This document shows, piece after piece, positions 54,471 through 63,970 of a stretch of DNA of 64,000 nt; position 1 is the stretch's first letter; every line of letters starts with the position of its first letter. The DNA comes from Gordonia sp. B21 (GTDB taxonomy: Bacteria > Actinomycetota > Actinomycetes > Mycobacteriales > Mycobacteriaceae): contig NZ_JBDUUF010000012.1 of NCBI RefSeq assembly GCF_039939235.1, positions 83,774 through 147,773 of the forward strand, read 5' to 3'. The translations under genes were made by a program, and so were the position numbers. The notes below the pieces were generated by a model. The model was not told where the DNA came from and did not search any database. It saw only the letters and a list, made by a program, of their open reading frames with translations.

Positions 54471-54894
54471 TGCCCGGCCGCAACTCGATGACCTGTTCTC
54501 TCACCTTCGGCCTGGGGACACCCTGGTGGTGTGGCGACTCGATCGACTCGGCCGCTCACTGCCACATCTGCTTCAGGTCGTCACCGACCTCGAAGAGCGC
54601 GGCATCGGCTTCCGGTCGGTGACCGAATCGATCGACACCACCACCGCCGGCGGCAAGCTGATCTTCTCCATCTTCGGCGCGCTCGCCGAGTTCGAACGCA
54701 ACCTCATCCGCGAACGCACCTCGGCCGGCCTCGCCGCAGCCCGGGCTCGCGGTCGGGTCGGGGGGCGGCCGCCGAAGATGACGCCGAAGAAGATCAAGCA
54801 GGCCAGGTTGATGCGCGACAACGGGATGAGTCAGACCGAAATCGCGGAGATCCTCGGAGTCGGTCGCACGACGCTGTATCGCCATCTGAAGTAG
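54433..54894 (+). pseudogene. serine recombinase (resolvase/invertase family), 5'-truncated, lacking the catalytic Ser region
   Basis: RIWTETASGATTARPQLDDLFSHLRPGDTLVVWRLDRLGRSLPHLL...FGALAEFERNLIRERT...C-terminal HTH SQTEIAEILGVGRTTLYRHL. The first ~45 aa (YARVST...) are absent. Confidence 0.75.
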
Positions 54895-55032
54895 TAGTAC
54901 CGCACCGACATTTTCGAAAGGGTGGCGCCTGTTGTCCTCCACTGACTCACCGAGGCCGACGCGGCCCCGCAGCTGCTACCGCCCTACTCGGTCGGTGTCG
55001 CTGAGTGTCGGGACGCGCCCGGCAGTGCCGGA

Positions 55033-55875
55033 TCACTCGAGGGCGTAGAGATCGTGCGCGGTGGCGGCATAGGCGGTGTCGGCATCGACGGCCAGCAACG
55101 CTTCGACCGGACCGACCACGGCCTTCTGTTCCCATGTTCGGCCGGTGTGGCTGCGCCAGGCGACACCCTCAGTGTCGACACCCCACAGGGAGCCGTCACC
55201 GGCGGCGGAGAGCAACACCAGCGTGGGGGCTTCGGGAACGGCGGTGAAGGTCCGGGCACCGTCGGTGCTGTGCTGCAACCCGTCGGCGGTGGCCGCCCAG
55301 ACACCATCGTCGGTAACGGCCAGGGCTGCGGCGGCCAGCGGGGCTCCGGCGCTCCAGGTGGCGCCAGCGTCGGTGGAGACCAACAGCCCGGTGGTCCCGT
55401 CGAAACCGACGAGCACCGTCCCGTCGGTGGCCAGAGCGTGGAAATCCACTTCTCCGGCAAGGGATTTCGGGGTCCAGGTGCGACCACCATCGGTACTGTC
55501 GATCAATCCGAGCGGGTTCGGTGCCGAACTCGATGGTCCGGGATGCCCGGAGGCGAAGAGCCGATCGGTGCCGGGCACCCCGGTCAGTCCCATGAAGTCG
55601 TCGTCGGAGGTGCCGACCCGGCTGGTGTGCCCGTCAATGCCGAGGGTGACCAGGCCGGTGTGGGTGCCGGCCAGGATCGTGCCGTCGGCACCGAGGTGCA
55701 GCCCGTGCAGGTGATCGAGGGCAGGGGTCAATGCCACCGCGGGCACCTCCGCGGTCGGGACAGACCCCGATCGGGTCGGTGTCGTACCGGGCTGCTGGGT
55801 CGAGCATCCGACGAGCACGGTCAGGGCAGCGGCGACGAGCACACCCCGGCAGGGGCGCGCGAACGATATCCACAT
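55033..55875 (-). CDS. lipoprotein with BNR/Asp-box repeats (Ycf48/sortilin-like beta-propeller)
   Basis: Lipobox LVGC|ST. Four SxDxGxTW-type boxes (DGGRTW, DAGATW, DGARTF, TGRTW). Start re-placed at ATG 55875. Confidence 0.65.
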   Translation of the reverse strand: MWISFARPCRGVLVAAALTVLVGCSTQQPGTTPTRSGSVPTAEVPAVALTPALDHLHGLHLGADGTILAGTHTGLVTLGIDGHTSRVGTSDDDFMGLTGVPGTDRLFASGHPGPSSSAPNPLGLIDSTDGGRTWTPKSLAGEVDFHALATDGTVLVGFDGTTGLLVSTDAGATWSAGAPLAAAALAVTDDGVWAATADGLQHSTDGARTFTAVPEAPTLVLLSAAGDGSLWGVDTEGVAWRSHTGRTWEQKAVVGPVEALLAVDADTAYAATAHDLYALE

Positions 55876-55916
55876 GGACGCAGAAGAACTTTCTCTCTGG
55901 GGCAGGGCCACGCAGG

Positions 55917-58079
55917 TCAGGTGCGGGCCAGGTGGGCGGGGTCGAGGTCGAGGCGGCGCAACAGTTGTGCATTGAGGGCAACGACGATGGTCGAAACCGA
56001 CATGAGCACCGCGGCCACCGCCGGGGAGATCGCCACCCCGGCGAAGGCGAGCACACCGGCGGCCAGGGGCACGGCGATGATGTTGTAGCCGGTCGCCCAC
56101 ACCAGGTTCTGCCACATCTTCCGGTAACTGGAGTGGGAGAGTTCGATGATCGACAGCACCGCCCGCGGATCGTTCGCCGCCAGCACCACCCCGGCGGATT
56201 CGATCGCCACATCGGTGCCGGCACCGATGGCCACTCCCACATCCGCCCGAGCCAGGGCCGGGGCGTCGTTCACGCCGTCGCCGACCATGGCGACCTTGTG
56301 CCCGCGTTGCTGCAGTTCGGTGACCTTCGCGTCCTTGTGCTCGGGCAGCACTTCGGCGAAGACCTCGTCGATGCCGAGATCGGCGGCCACCGCGTCGGCG
56401 ACCTGCCGGGCATCACCGGTGATCATCGCGACCTTGACTCCGCGGGCGTGCAGGGCGTCGATCGCCTGGCGGGACTCCTCACGGACCGCGTCCTCGAGCG
56501 CCACGGCACCGAGCACCCGATCACCTTCGGCGATGTGCAGCACCGACGCTCCGCGCTGCACCCACTGTTCGGTGACGGCGGTGACCTCGGCCGGTACCGA
56601 CAACGACAGGTCGGTCAGCATCGCGGGTCCGCCGACGGTGACCTCGGTGCCGTCGACGACCGCGCGCACGCCACGGCCGGGCAGCGATCGGAAGTCGGTG
56701 GCGGTGATCTTCTCGCCCGTCGGGACACTGGTGCCCGCCGCGGCCACGATCGCGTGCGCGACGGGATGTTCGCTGTCGGCTTCGACTGCGGCGGCGCGGG
56801 CCAGCAGATACGATTCGCTGATTCCGTGGGCGGTCGTGACGCCGGTGACCTGGTGCCGGCCCTGGGTGAGGGTGCCGGTCTTGTCGAACAGGACCACCTC
56901 GACGGTGCGCATGCGTTCGAGGGCGAGACGGTCCTTCACCAGCACACCGGCCTTGGCGGCGCGTTCGGTGGAGATCGCGATCACCAGCGGGATCGCCAAC
57001 CCCAGGGCGTGGGGACACGCGATGACCAACACGGTGACCGTGCGCACCACCGCTTCGTCGACGTTGCCGAGCAACGCCCACACCACGAAGGTGAGCAGAC
57101 CGCTGATCGCGGCGAAGTAGAACAAGAACGCCGCGGCCTTGTCCGCCAACGCCTGCGCCCGCGACGAGGACGCCTGAGCGTCGGCGACCATGCGTTGGAT
57201 ACCGGCCAGGGCAGTGTTCTCACCGACGGCGGTGATCCGCACGCGCAGGGCGCTGTCGGTGGCGACGGTACCGGCGACCACCGTGTCGCCGCTTCCGCGG
57301 GTGACGGTCTTCGATTCGCCAGTGATCATCGATTCGTCGACCTCGGCGCGGCCGGCGACGACGGTGCCGTCCGCGGGCACCCGGGCCCCGGCCCGCACGA
57401 GCACCACGTCGTCGAGGGCCAACTCCGACAACGGCACCTCCTCGGTGCCGTCGTCGGTGACCTTCTCGGCGGTGTCGGGCAGCATCGCCGCCAACGCGTC
57501 GAGGGCTCCCGAGGCCGAGCCGAGGGCGCGCATCTCGAGCCAGTGCCCGAGCAGCATGATCACGATCAGCAGCGCCAGTTCCCACCAGAAGTCCAGGTCG
57601 AAACCGCCGAGGCCGAGGGTGGTGATCCACGAGGCGGCGAAGGCGACGCTGATGGCCATCGCGATCAGCAGCATCATTCCCGGTCGGCGCGAGCGCAGTT
57701 CGGCCCAGCCTCCGGTGAGGAACGGCATGCCGCCGTAGACGAAGATCACCGTGCCCAGCACCGGCGGGATCCACATGGCGCCGGGGAAGTCCGGCATGGG
57801 GTAGCCGAGCAACTCGGCAACCATGTGGCTGAATCCCACGACCGGGATCGACAGGATCAGCGACACCCAGAAACGCCGTCGGAACATCTCTCCGTGCGTG
57901 CCGTGCCCACCATGATCGCCGTGGCCGGCATGAGGGTCCGACCCGACATGCGCGAGATGCTCGCCGTATCCGGCGTGCGCATCGTGCGGCTGCGGGGGCG
58001 GGCTCTGTACGTCGGCGCTGTGCTCGTGCCCGGTGGGCGCCTGAGCCGGGCGGGTGTGTCCGTGCTCCGGGTGCGACAT
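55917..58079 (-). CDS. copB: copper P1B-3-type ATPase (CopB-like): His-rich N-terminus, CPH motif
   Basis: N-terminal HPEHGHTRP...HEHSAD...HAGHGDHGGHGTHG; TM6 CPHALGLAIP; DKTGTLT; GDGVNDAP. Strong SD AGGAGG. Confidence 0.9.
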   Translation of the reverse strand: MSHPEHGHTRPAQAPTGHEHSADVQSPPPQPHDAHAGYGEHLAHVGSDPHAGHGDHGGHGTHGEMFRRRFWVSLILSIPVVGFSHMVAELLGYPMPDFPGAMWIPPVLGTVIFVYGGMPFLTGGWAELRSRRPGMMLLIAMAISVAFAASWITTLGLGGFDLDFWWELALLIVIMLLGHWLEMRALGSASGALDALAAMLPDTAEKVTDDGTEEVPLSELALDDVVLVRAGARVPADGTVVAGRAEVDESMITGESKTVTRGSGDTVVAGTVATDSALRVRITAVGENTALAGIQRMVADAQASSSRAQALADKAAAFLFYFAAISGLLTFVVWALLGNVDEAVVRTVTVLVIACPHALGLAIPLVIAISTERAAKAGVLVKDRLALERMRTVEVVLFDKTGTLTQGRHQVTGVTTAHGISESYLLARAAAVEADSEHPVAHAIVAAAGTSVPTGEKITATDFRSLPGRGVRAVVDGTEVTVGGPAMLTDLSLSVPAEVTAVTEQWVQRGASVLHIAEGDRVLGAVALEDAVREESRQAIDALHARGVKVAMITGDARQVADAVAADLGIDEVFAEVLPEHKDAKVTELQQRGHKVAMVGDGVNDAPALARADVGVAIGAGTDVAIESAGVVLAANDPRAVLSIIELSHSSYRKMWQNLVWATGYNIIAVPLAAGVLAFAGVAISPAVAAVLMSVSTIVVALNAQLLRRLDLDPAHLART

Positions 58080-58130
58080 CGAAAGCCTCCTGGGTGGCGG
58101 GCCGAGAGGAACCGGCCGGGGGTCGGCCGG

Positions 58131-58766
58131 TTACAGGGTGGTCAGCAGCTGGCGCATGGTGTCGATTTCCTGCTGCTGGGTATCGACGATGGTGCGGGCC
58201 ATCGCCACCGCGTCGGGGAACTGCCCGTCCTCGATCTCGGTCTGCGCCATGTCGACGGCGCCTTCGTGGTGGGCGATCATCTGCTCGAGGAACAGGCGGG
58301 CCGCGTCGGTGCCCTGCGCATCCGCCAACGCTTGCATGTCTTCCTCGCTCATCATCCCCTCCATCTCGGCCATACCGCCGTCCATGCCGGGCATGTCGTG
58401 GTCGCTCTCGGGCATCTTGGTGGGTTCGCCCCACTGGTCGAGCCAGCTCTCGAGTTGGTCGATCTCCGGGCCCTGGGCGGTCTTGATCTGCTCGGCCAGG
58501 GCGGTGACCTCGGCGGGGATGTTGTCCTTGGCCAGGAGCATGTCGCTCATCTCGATGGCCTGGCTGTGGTGCGGGAGCATCATCTGCGCGAACATCACAT
58601 CGGCGTCGTTGTGGGCTGTGGCCTGTTCGGCGGGTGTGCCCGCCGAGGCCGGCGCGGTCGAGGTCGCGACCGTGGTGCCGGTGTCGGAGTCGGAATCGCT
58701 GCACGCGGTTGCAGCGAATACCACGGCCAGGGCTGTGGCGCCGACGGCGAGGGTCTTCTTGTTCAT
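58131..58766 (-). CDS. DUF305-family lipoprotein (copper-resistance-associated, ferritin-like)
   Basis: Lipobox AATAC|SD. Duplicated HH motifs (MMLPHHSQAI, MIAHHEGAVDMA). Confidence 0.8.
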   Translation of the reverse strand: MNKKTLAVGATALAVVFAATACSDSDSDTGTTVATSTAPASAGTPAEQATAHNDADVMFAQMMLPHHSQAIEMSDMLLAKDNIPAEVTALAEQIKTAQGPEIDQLESWLDQWGEPTKMPESDHDMPGMDGGMAEMEGMMSEEDMQALADAQGTDAARLFLEQMIAHHEGAVDMAQTEIEDGQFPDAVAMARTIVDTQQQEIDTMRQLLTTL

Positions 58767-58842
58767 CAAGGGGTGTTCCTTTCTCGGACAAGCACAGGCA
58801 TCGTGATGGCGCAGCTCGGCACCGCCGGACGGCGGGCCCGGG

Positions 58843-60375
58843 TCACGCCAGGTAGGACACGGTCGTCATCATTCCGGCCTCCTGGTGATAAGCGTTGTGA
58901 CAGTGCAGTGCCCATTGGCCGGGGTTGTCGGTGTCGAATTCGATCTCGACGGTGCGCATCGGCCCGATGGTGACGGTGTCCTTGCGCAGACCGGTGTCGG
59001 TGAGCGCGAAAGTGTGTCCGTGCAGGTGCATCGGGTGGAACATGTCCGACATGTTGCGCATCCGCATGCGCACCCGCTGTCCCTCGTTGACGTTCAGCGG
59101 CGCGCTGTTCGGGTGGGCGCGGCCGTTGAGGGTCCAGCGGTACGGCGACATCGTCCCGCCCATATCCACACTGTGATACAGATCGTGATCACGCTCGGCC
59201 AGACGCACATACTCCCGGGGCGCAAGATCGGTGCCGAGCAGCACCCGCCGATCCAGCTCGTCGGGGCGAGGCTGGATCGGCAGTTCGCCGGAGGCGGTGC
59301 GCACCACCGCCTGTCCGTACCCGGTCTTGCCCTCGGCCTGAGCGAACAGCGGGAACACCCCGTCGCTGAGGGTAACCAGCACGTCGAATCGCTCGCCCAT
59401 GCCGATCAGCAGTGCGTCGGTGTCCTGCGGTACCACCGGGAACCCGTCGGTGTGGGTGACCGTCATCCGGTGACCGCCCAACGCGACCCGGAAGGCGGTG
59501 TCGGCGGCGGCGTTGACGAACCGGATCCGTGCCCGCTGTCCGGGTGCGGCGGTCAAGACCATCGGATCATCCGGCACGCGCCCGCCGACCAGAAAGTGGG
59601 GATAGCTCACGTCCCCGGCACCGCCGAGGAGCGGTGAGAGCATCGTTTCCTCACCCATGTCCATACCGCCCATGTCCATGGCGCCGTGATCCATCCCGCC
59701 CATTCCGGTGCCGATGCCGAGCTCGCGGGCCACGTCGTCGGGGGTACGTCCGGTGCCGTCGAGCCAATCGTCGAGCACCACGATCCACTCGTGCTCGTAG
59801 TCGCCCGGCTCGGCCGGATCATCGACGATCAGCGCGCCGTAGAGCCCGCGGTCGAGTTGCAGACCCGAATGCGAGTGATAGAAGTACGTGCCCGCATGAG
59901 GGACGGTGAACTCGTAGACGAACCTGTCTCCGGCAGCGATCGGGTCCTGCGTCAGCCCCGGCACCCCGTCCATATCGTTGCTCAACGCCAGCCCGTGCCA
60001 GTGCACACTCGTCTCCACCGGCAGCTGGTTGTCCACCTCCACCCGCAGCAGATCCCCGGCGCGGGCGCGGAGCAGTGGCCCCGGCACCTGGTCGTCATAG
60101 GACCAGGTAGACACGATGCGGCCGCCCAGGTCCACCTCGACCGGACGCGGTGTCAACCGGGCCGAGGCCACCTGCTGGCCCGGGGAGCGGCGCTGCTGTT
60201 CGAGACGACGCACCGCCGGTGACGTGGCGGTCACCGGGACGCCGGTCGCGGCTCCCGACGCGGAACAGGAGGCGAGAACCCCAGCACCGGTGAGGATCGA
60301 GCCGATCAGAAAGGCCCGGCGGGGAACCCTAACCACGGGCCTGCTCCTGCTGCTCACCGGTCGAGGCGGCGCCAC
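58843..60375 (-). CDS. multicopper oxidase, TAT-signal lipoprotein (MmcO-like)
   Basis: TAT RRAFLIG + lipobox LASC|SAS. Cu ligands HWHG, HSH, HPMHLHGH, HCHNAYHQEAGMM. The start is ambiguous (GTG 60375 vs GTG 60336). Confidence 0.9.
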   Translation of the reverse strand: MAPPRPVSSRSRPVVRVPRRAFLIGSILTGAGVLASCSASGAATGVPVTATSPAVRRLEQQRRSPGQQVASARLTPRPVEVDLGGRIVSTWSYDDQVPGPLLRARAGDLLRVEVDNQLPVETSVHWHGLALSNDMDGVPGLTQDPIAAGDRFVYEFTVPHAGTYFYHSHSGLQLDRGLYGALIVDDPAEPGDYEHEWIVVLDDWLDGTGRTPDDVARELGIGTGMGGMDHGAMDMGGMDMGEETMLSPLLGGAGDVSYPHFLVGGRVPDDPMVLTAAPGQRARIRFVNAAADTAFRVALGGHRMTVTHTDGFPVVPQDTDALLIGMGERFDVLVTLSDGVFPLFAQAEGKTGYGQAVVRTASGELPIQPRPDELDRRVLLGTDLAPREYVRLAERDHDLYHSVDMGGTMSPYRWTLNGRAHPNSAPLNVNEGQRVRMRMRNMSDMFHPMHLHGHTFALTDTGLRKDTVTIGPMRTVEIEFDTDNPGQWALHCHNAYHQEAGMMTTVSYLA

Positions 60376-60616
60376 CGGACTGCGTCAACGTCCGTCGACG
60401 GGACACGAACTCATCGGATGTGATATCGCCACGGGCGAAACGCTTTTCGAGCGTCCGAAGTGGATCGTCCTGCTGCTCGGTGTGGGCAGGACCGTCTGCG
60501 CGGTCGGTACGGAACAAGGTGGCCACCAGATAGATCACCACCGCCCAGAACACGAGCATGCACACCGTCATGACGGCCCATCCCGCCCACCCGACGTCAC
60601 CGACCCAACCCATCAT
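60329..60616 (-). CDS. SHOCT-domain small membrane protein
   Basis: One TM plus the C-terminal LEKRFARGDITSDEFVSRRRTL SHOCT motif. Start ATG 60616 with GGAGG 5 nt upstream. Confidence 0.7.
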   Translation of the reverse strand: MMGWVGDVGWAGWAVMTVCMLVFWAVVIYLVATLFRTDRADGPAHTEQQDDPLRTLEKRFARGDITSDEFVSRRRTLTQSGGAASTGEQQEQARG

Positions 60617-60833
60617 GGTCGCCTCCATCCTTCGGTTTCGTACCTTCAGCCTCGGGCACCCACCCCCAGGTTCGGTGGAGGTCGTATGAAGATTTGCTCA
60701 AGAAGCCCGCCGCGGCGCCGGCGCCGGGACGGTGCTGGCGATGATGGACCCCATGACGTCCTCCCCTGCTCGCCCACCCGCATCCGGCAGCGACCCGGCG
60801 ACACCGGCGCGACCCTCGACCGGTCTGCGGGCG

Positions 60834-61523
60834 ATGGTCGTCGAGGACGAACCGTCTTTGGCGAATCTGGTGGGCTCCTATCTCGAGCGGGACGGTTTCG
60901 AGGTCGCGATCACCGGTGACGGCTCCGAGGCCGTTCCCCTCGCCCGGCAGGTCGATCCCGATGTGGTGGTCCTCGACCTGGGGTTGCCAGGCTTGGACGG
61001 GGTGGAGGTGTGTCGGCAGTTGCGGACCTTCTCCGACGCCTACGTCGTGATGCTCACCGCCCGCACGGAAGAGATCGACACCCTGATCGGACTGTCCGTC
61101 GGCGCCGACGACTATATGACCAAACCGTTCAGCCCCCGCGAACTGACCGCCCGCATCCAGGCCATGTTGCGCCGCCCCCGCTCCACCACCGCCGCAGCCC
61201 CAGCCACCGCCGTGTCGCCACCGCGTCGTTTCGGGGACCTGAGCCTCGACGTCAACGGCCGCGAGGTCACTGTCGCCGGGCAATCGGTCGCGCTGACCCG
61301 CACCGAATTCGACATCCTCGCCGCCCTCGCGCGTGATCCCGGCGTGGTCCTCACCCGCGCCCAGCTGATCGAGGCGGTGTGGGGGCCGAGCTGGGTCGGT
61401 GACGAACACCTGGTCGACGTGCACATCGGGCACCTGCGCCGCAAACTCGGCGACGATGCCGCACGCGGCCGGTACGTGCGCACCGTCCGCGGTGTCGGCT
61501 ACCGAATGGGCACCGGATCATGA
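60834..61523 (+). CDS. OmpR-family two-component response regulator
   Basis: Receiver MVVEDEPSLA...DPDVVVLDLGLPGLDG...MLTAR plus winged-helix output. In-frame starts at 60732–60753 would give an N-terminal extension. Confidence 0.85.
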   Translation: MVVEDEPSLANLVGSYLERDGFEVAITGDGSEAVPLARQVDPDVVVLDLGLPGLDGVEVCRQLRTFSDAYVVMLTARTEEIDTLIGLSVGADDYMTKPFSPRELTARIQAMLRRPRSTTAAAPATAVSPPRRFGDLSLDVNGREVTVAGQSVALTRTEFDILAALARDPGVVLTRAQLIEAVWGPSWVGDEHLVDVHIGHLRRKLGDDAARGRYVRTVRGVGYRMGTGS

Positions 61524-62674
61524 CCGGCCGATCATCCGCACCGGGTGGGTCCCTGCGCCGCACCGCCAGTGCCTCGAGTTTCGGTACCCGACTGTTCCTC
61601 GCCCTGACCGTGGTGGTGCTCGGCTGCGCCGTCAGCGCCTGGATCGTGGCCTCCGCGCTCGCGCCCGGCATCTTTCACGATCATCTCGGGCAGGCCGGAA
61701 TCGACCACAACTCCAGCCAGGCCGGTCACGTCGAAGAAGCCTTCACTTGGGCGATCATCCTCGCCTGGGGGCTGGCCATTGCCATCGCGGTGCTGCTGTC
61801 ACTGGCGGTGAGCTGGTACATCACCCGGCGCGTCCAACGGTCGCTGACCGCGGTGACCACATCCACCGCGCAGATCGCCGCCGGCCACTACGACACCCGC
61901 ATGCACAGCCCCGGCCTCGGCCGCGAATTCGACCAGCTGACCGTGACCGTCAACGAACTCGCCCGCCGTCTCGAGGCCACCGAAACCACCCGACGCCGGA
62001 TGCTCGCCGACCTCGGCCACGAGATGCGCACCCCGATCGCCACTCTCGATTCCTACCTCGAAGCCCTCGAAGACGGCGTCCGCAGCCCGGACGAGGACAC
62101 CCTGCAAATCCTGCGTTCCGCCACCCATCGACTCGACCGGCTCGCCCAGGACATCACCGCTGTCTCCCGCGCCGAGGAACATCTCACCCGCATCACCCCG
62201 GTGCCCACCGACACCGCAACCCTGATCAACGCCGCCGTCGAAGCGGCCCGAACGCGATACGACGACAATGGCGTCACCCTCGAGACCCGCATCGACCGAT
62301 CCGTGCCGGTCACCGTCGACCCGGACCGATTCGGACAGGTACTGGGCAACCTGCTCGACAACGCGCTGCGCCACACCCCCGACGGGGGCACCGTCACCAT
62401 TACCTGCCGGCAGGCCGGTCCCACCCACGCCGAGATTGTCGTCGCCGACACCGGAGAAGGGATCGCCGCCGAACACCTCGACCACCTCTTCGACCGCTTC
62501 TACCGAGCCGACCTCGCCCGCAACCGCCGCCACGGTGGCAGTGGCATCGGCCTGACCATCACTCGCGCGCTGGTCGAGTCACACGGAGGCCGGATCCGGG
62601 CCGCCAGTGACGGTCCCGGGCGCGGAGCACGTTTCACTATCGATCTGCCCATCACCGGTACTACCCGCGTGTAG
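61520..62674 (+). CDS. sensor histidine kinase (2 TM, HAMP, HisKA, HATPase_c)
   Basis: H-box LADLGHEMRTPIATL; N box LLDNALRHTP; G boxes DTGEGI and GGSGIGL. Its ATG overlaps the RR stop (ATGA). Confidence 0.85.
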   Translation: MTGRSSAPGGSLRRTASASSFGTRLFLALTVVVLGCAVSAWIVASALAPGIFHDHLGQAGIDHNSSQAGHVEEAFTWAIILAWGLAIAIAVLLSLAVSWYITRRVQRSLTAVTTSTAQIAAGHYDTRMHSPGLGREFDQLTVTVNELARRLEATETTRRRMLADLGHEMRTPIATLDSYLEALEDGVRSPDEDTLQILRSATHRLDRLAQDITAVSRAEEHLTRITPVPTDTATLINAAVEAARTRYDDNGVTLETRIDRSVPVTVDPDRFGQVLGNLLDNALRHTPDGGTVTITCRQAGPTHAEIVVADTGEGIAAEHLDHLFDRFYRADLARNRRHGGSGIGLTITRALVESHGGRIRAASDGPGRGARFTIDLPITGTTRV

Positions 62675-62748
62675 TGGCGCCCGCCTCGCGAAGGGTCAAG
62701 TCCCGTGAGGTGGTGTGCGAGGTCCTCGCGTGATTCCTCGTCGTCGGG

Positions 62749-63060
62749 TTATGCAGTCAACGCCGGTGTCACCTCCTCCGTCGGTTCGGTGACGGTCTGA
62801 GCGGGTGTGTTGCTGCGGGAACGGGCAAGGACGTCGAGTCCGAGATAGCGACGCCCTTCGATCCACTCGTCGTGCTGTTCGGCGAGCACCGCTCCGACCA
62901 GTCGGATCAATGCAGTCCGGTCGGGGAAGATCCCGACCACATCGGTGCGACGCCGGATCTCCTTGTTCAGCCGCTCCTGCGGATTGTTCGACCAGATCTG
63001 CCGCCAGATCTGCTTCGGAAACGCGGTGAACGCCAGCAGGTCCGCTCGCGCTGCGTCGAG
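62749..63060 (-). mobile_element. IS256-family transposase, C-terminal fragment (5' part displaced by ISL3 insertion)
   Basis: LLAFTAFPKQIWRQIWSNNPQERLNKEIRRRTDVVGIFPDRTALIRLVGAVLAEQHDEWIEGRRYL matches the IS256 transposase C-terminus. Upstream in-frame sequence is unrelated. Confidence 0.7.
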
Positions 63061-63100
63061 ATGCTCCGCGACCTTGGGTAGTTTCGAGGCTCTTCCTGAT

Positions 63101-63729
63101 TCAGAGTGCGTGCAAGCGTTCTGCCAGGCCGCCGGAGTGGATGAGTGACCGCAAGATGTAGTGGTTGAGGTTGCGGAAGCCGAGCGCGATCCCGCGTAGG
63201 TGTTCCAAGCGTCCGTTGATCGCTTCGACCGGGCCGTTGGAGGCACCGGTGTCGAAGTAGGCCAGGATCTCGGTCCGTCGAGCCCACAGCGAGCGGCCGA
63301 GTTGGGCGAGTTCGGCGAGTTCTTTCGGCACGCCGGTGTGGATGCGTTTGAGCAGCTTGTACATCGCGATCTTCCCGTCACGCTTGTGCGGCTGGTCGTA
63401 GGCGTCAATCAGGTCCTGATAGACGGCGTAGGTGACCGCGACCGCCAGATGTTCCTCACGCGCTTGGAGGCCGTTGGTGATGCGGGTCTTCTGCTTGTCG
63501 GTCAACAAGCCGATTCGGGTGAGCAGGGGGCGGCGGATGCCGTAGAGCGGGTCCCCGCTACGGCCGCGGTGTCCGCACGTATCCTGTTGCACGCGTTGAC
63601 GACACACCGTGAGCTTGTCGGCGGCCAAGTGCACCACATGAAACGGATCCGCTGCAAATGTGGGAAGTCGAAGTCGCCGGTGACCAGGTCGGGGTTTCGG
63701 TCGAGTTCGTTGACTCGCACGAACGCCAT
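63101..63729 (-). mobile_element. ISL3-family transposase, C-terminal portion with an internal frameshift; GGCTCTTCC-type terminal IR at about 63079–63100
   Basis: LTDKQKTRITNGLQAREEHLAVAVTYAVYQDLIDAY...GASNGPVEAINGRLEHLRGIALGFRNLNHY is the ISL3 transposase C-terminus. The upstream segment continues in a different frame (…DFDFPH…). Confidence 0.7.
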
Positions 63730-63935
63730 GCGGCGTTCGAATTCTCGTAACTCTTGCGGATCGGCGTAGCCGATCCGCTGTGTCGGCGGTTACCGTGAGT
63801 GGTATGTCTGCTGTTGAGCGTGTGTTGTCTGGTCTGTGGGTGCCGTCGCTGTCTGAGGTGCGGGCTGTGGCTGAGGGCCGTTCTCGCGCTGAGGCTGCGC
63901 GGGTGGATCTGTTGTGGCGCGAGGCGATGCCCCCG

Positions 63936-63970
63936 GGGGTGGAGGCTCATATCTTCTGAGCCTCCACCCC
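63936..63970. repeat. inverted repeat / stem-loop GGGGTGGAGGCTCA-n7-TGAGCCTCCACCCC near the window end
   Basis: Read directly; it may be a terminator or an IS end structure. Confidence 0.4.

Noticed and set aside
60686-60919. ATG with a strong GGTGGAGG SD (MKICSRSPPRRRRRDG…, 77 aa) upstream of the response regulator
   Set aside because: The product is Arg-rich low complexity, in a different frame from the RR, with no homology. Likely a chance SD-ATG; a short leader peptide cannot be fully excluded.
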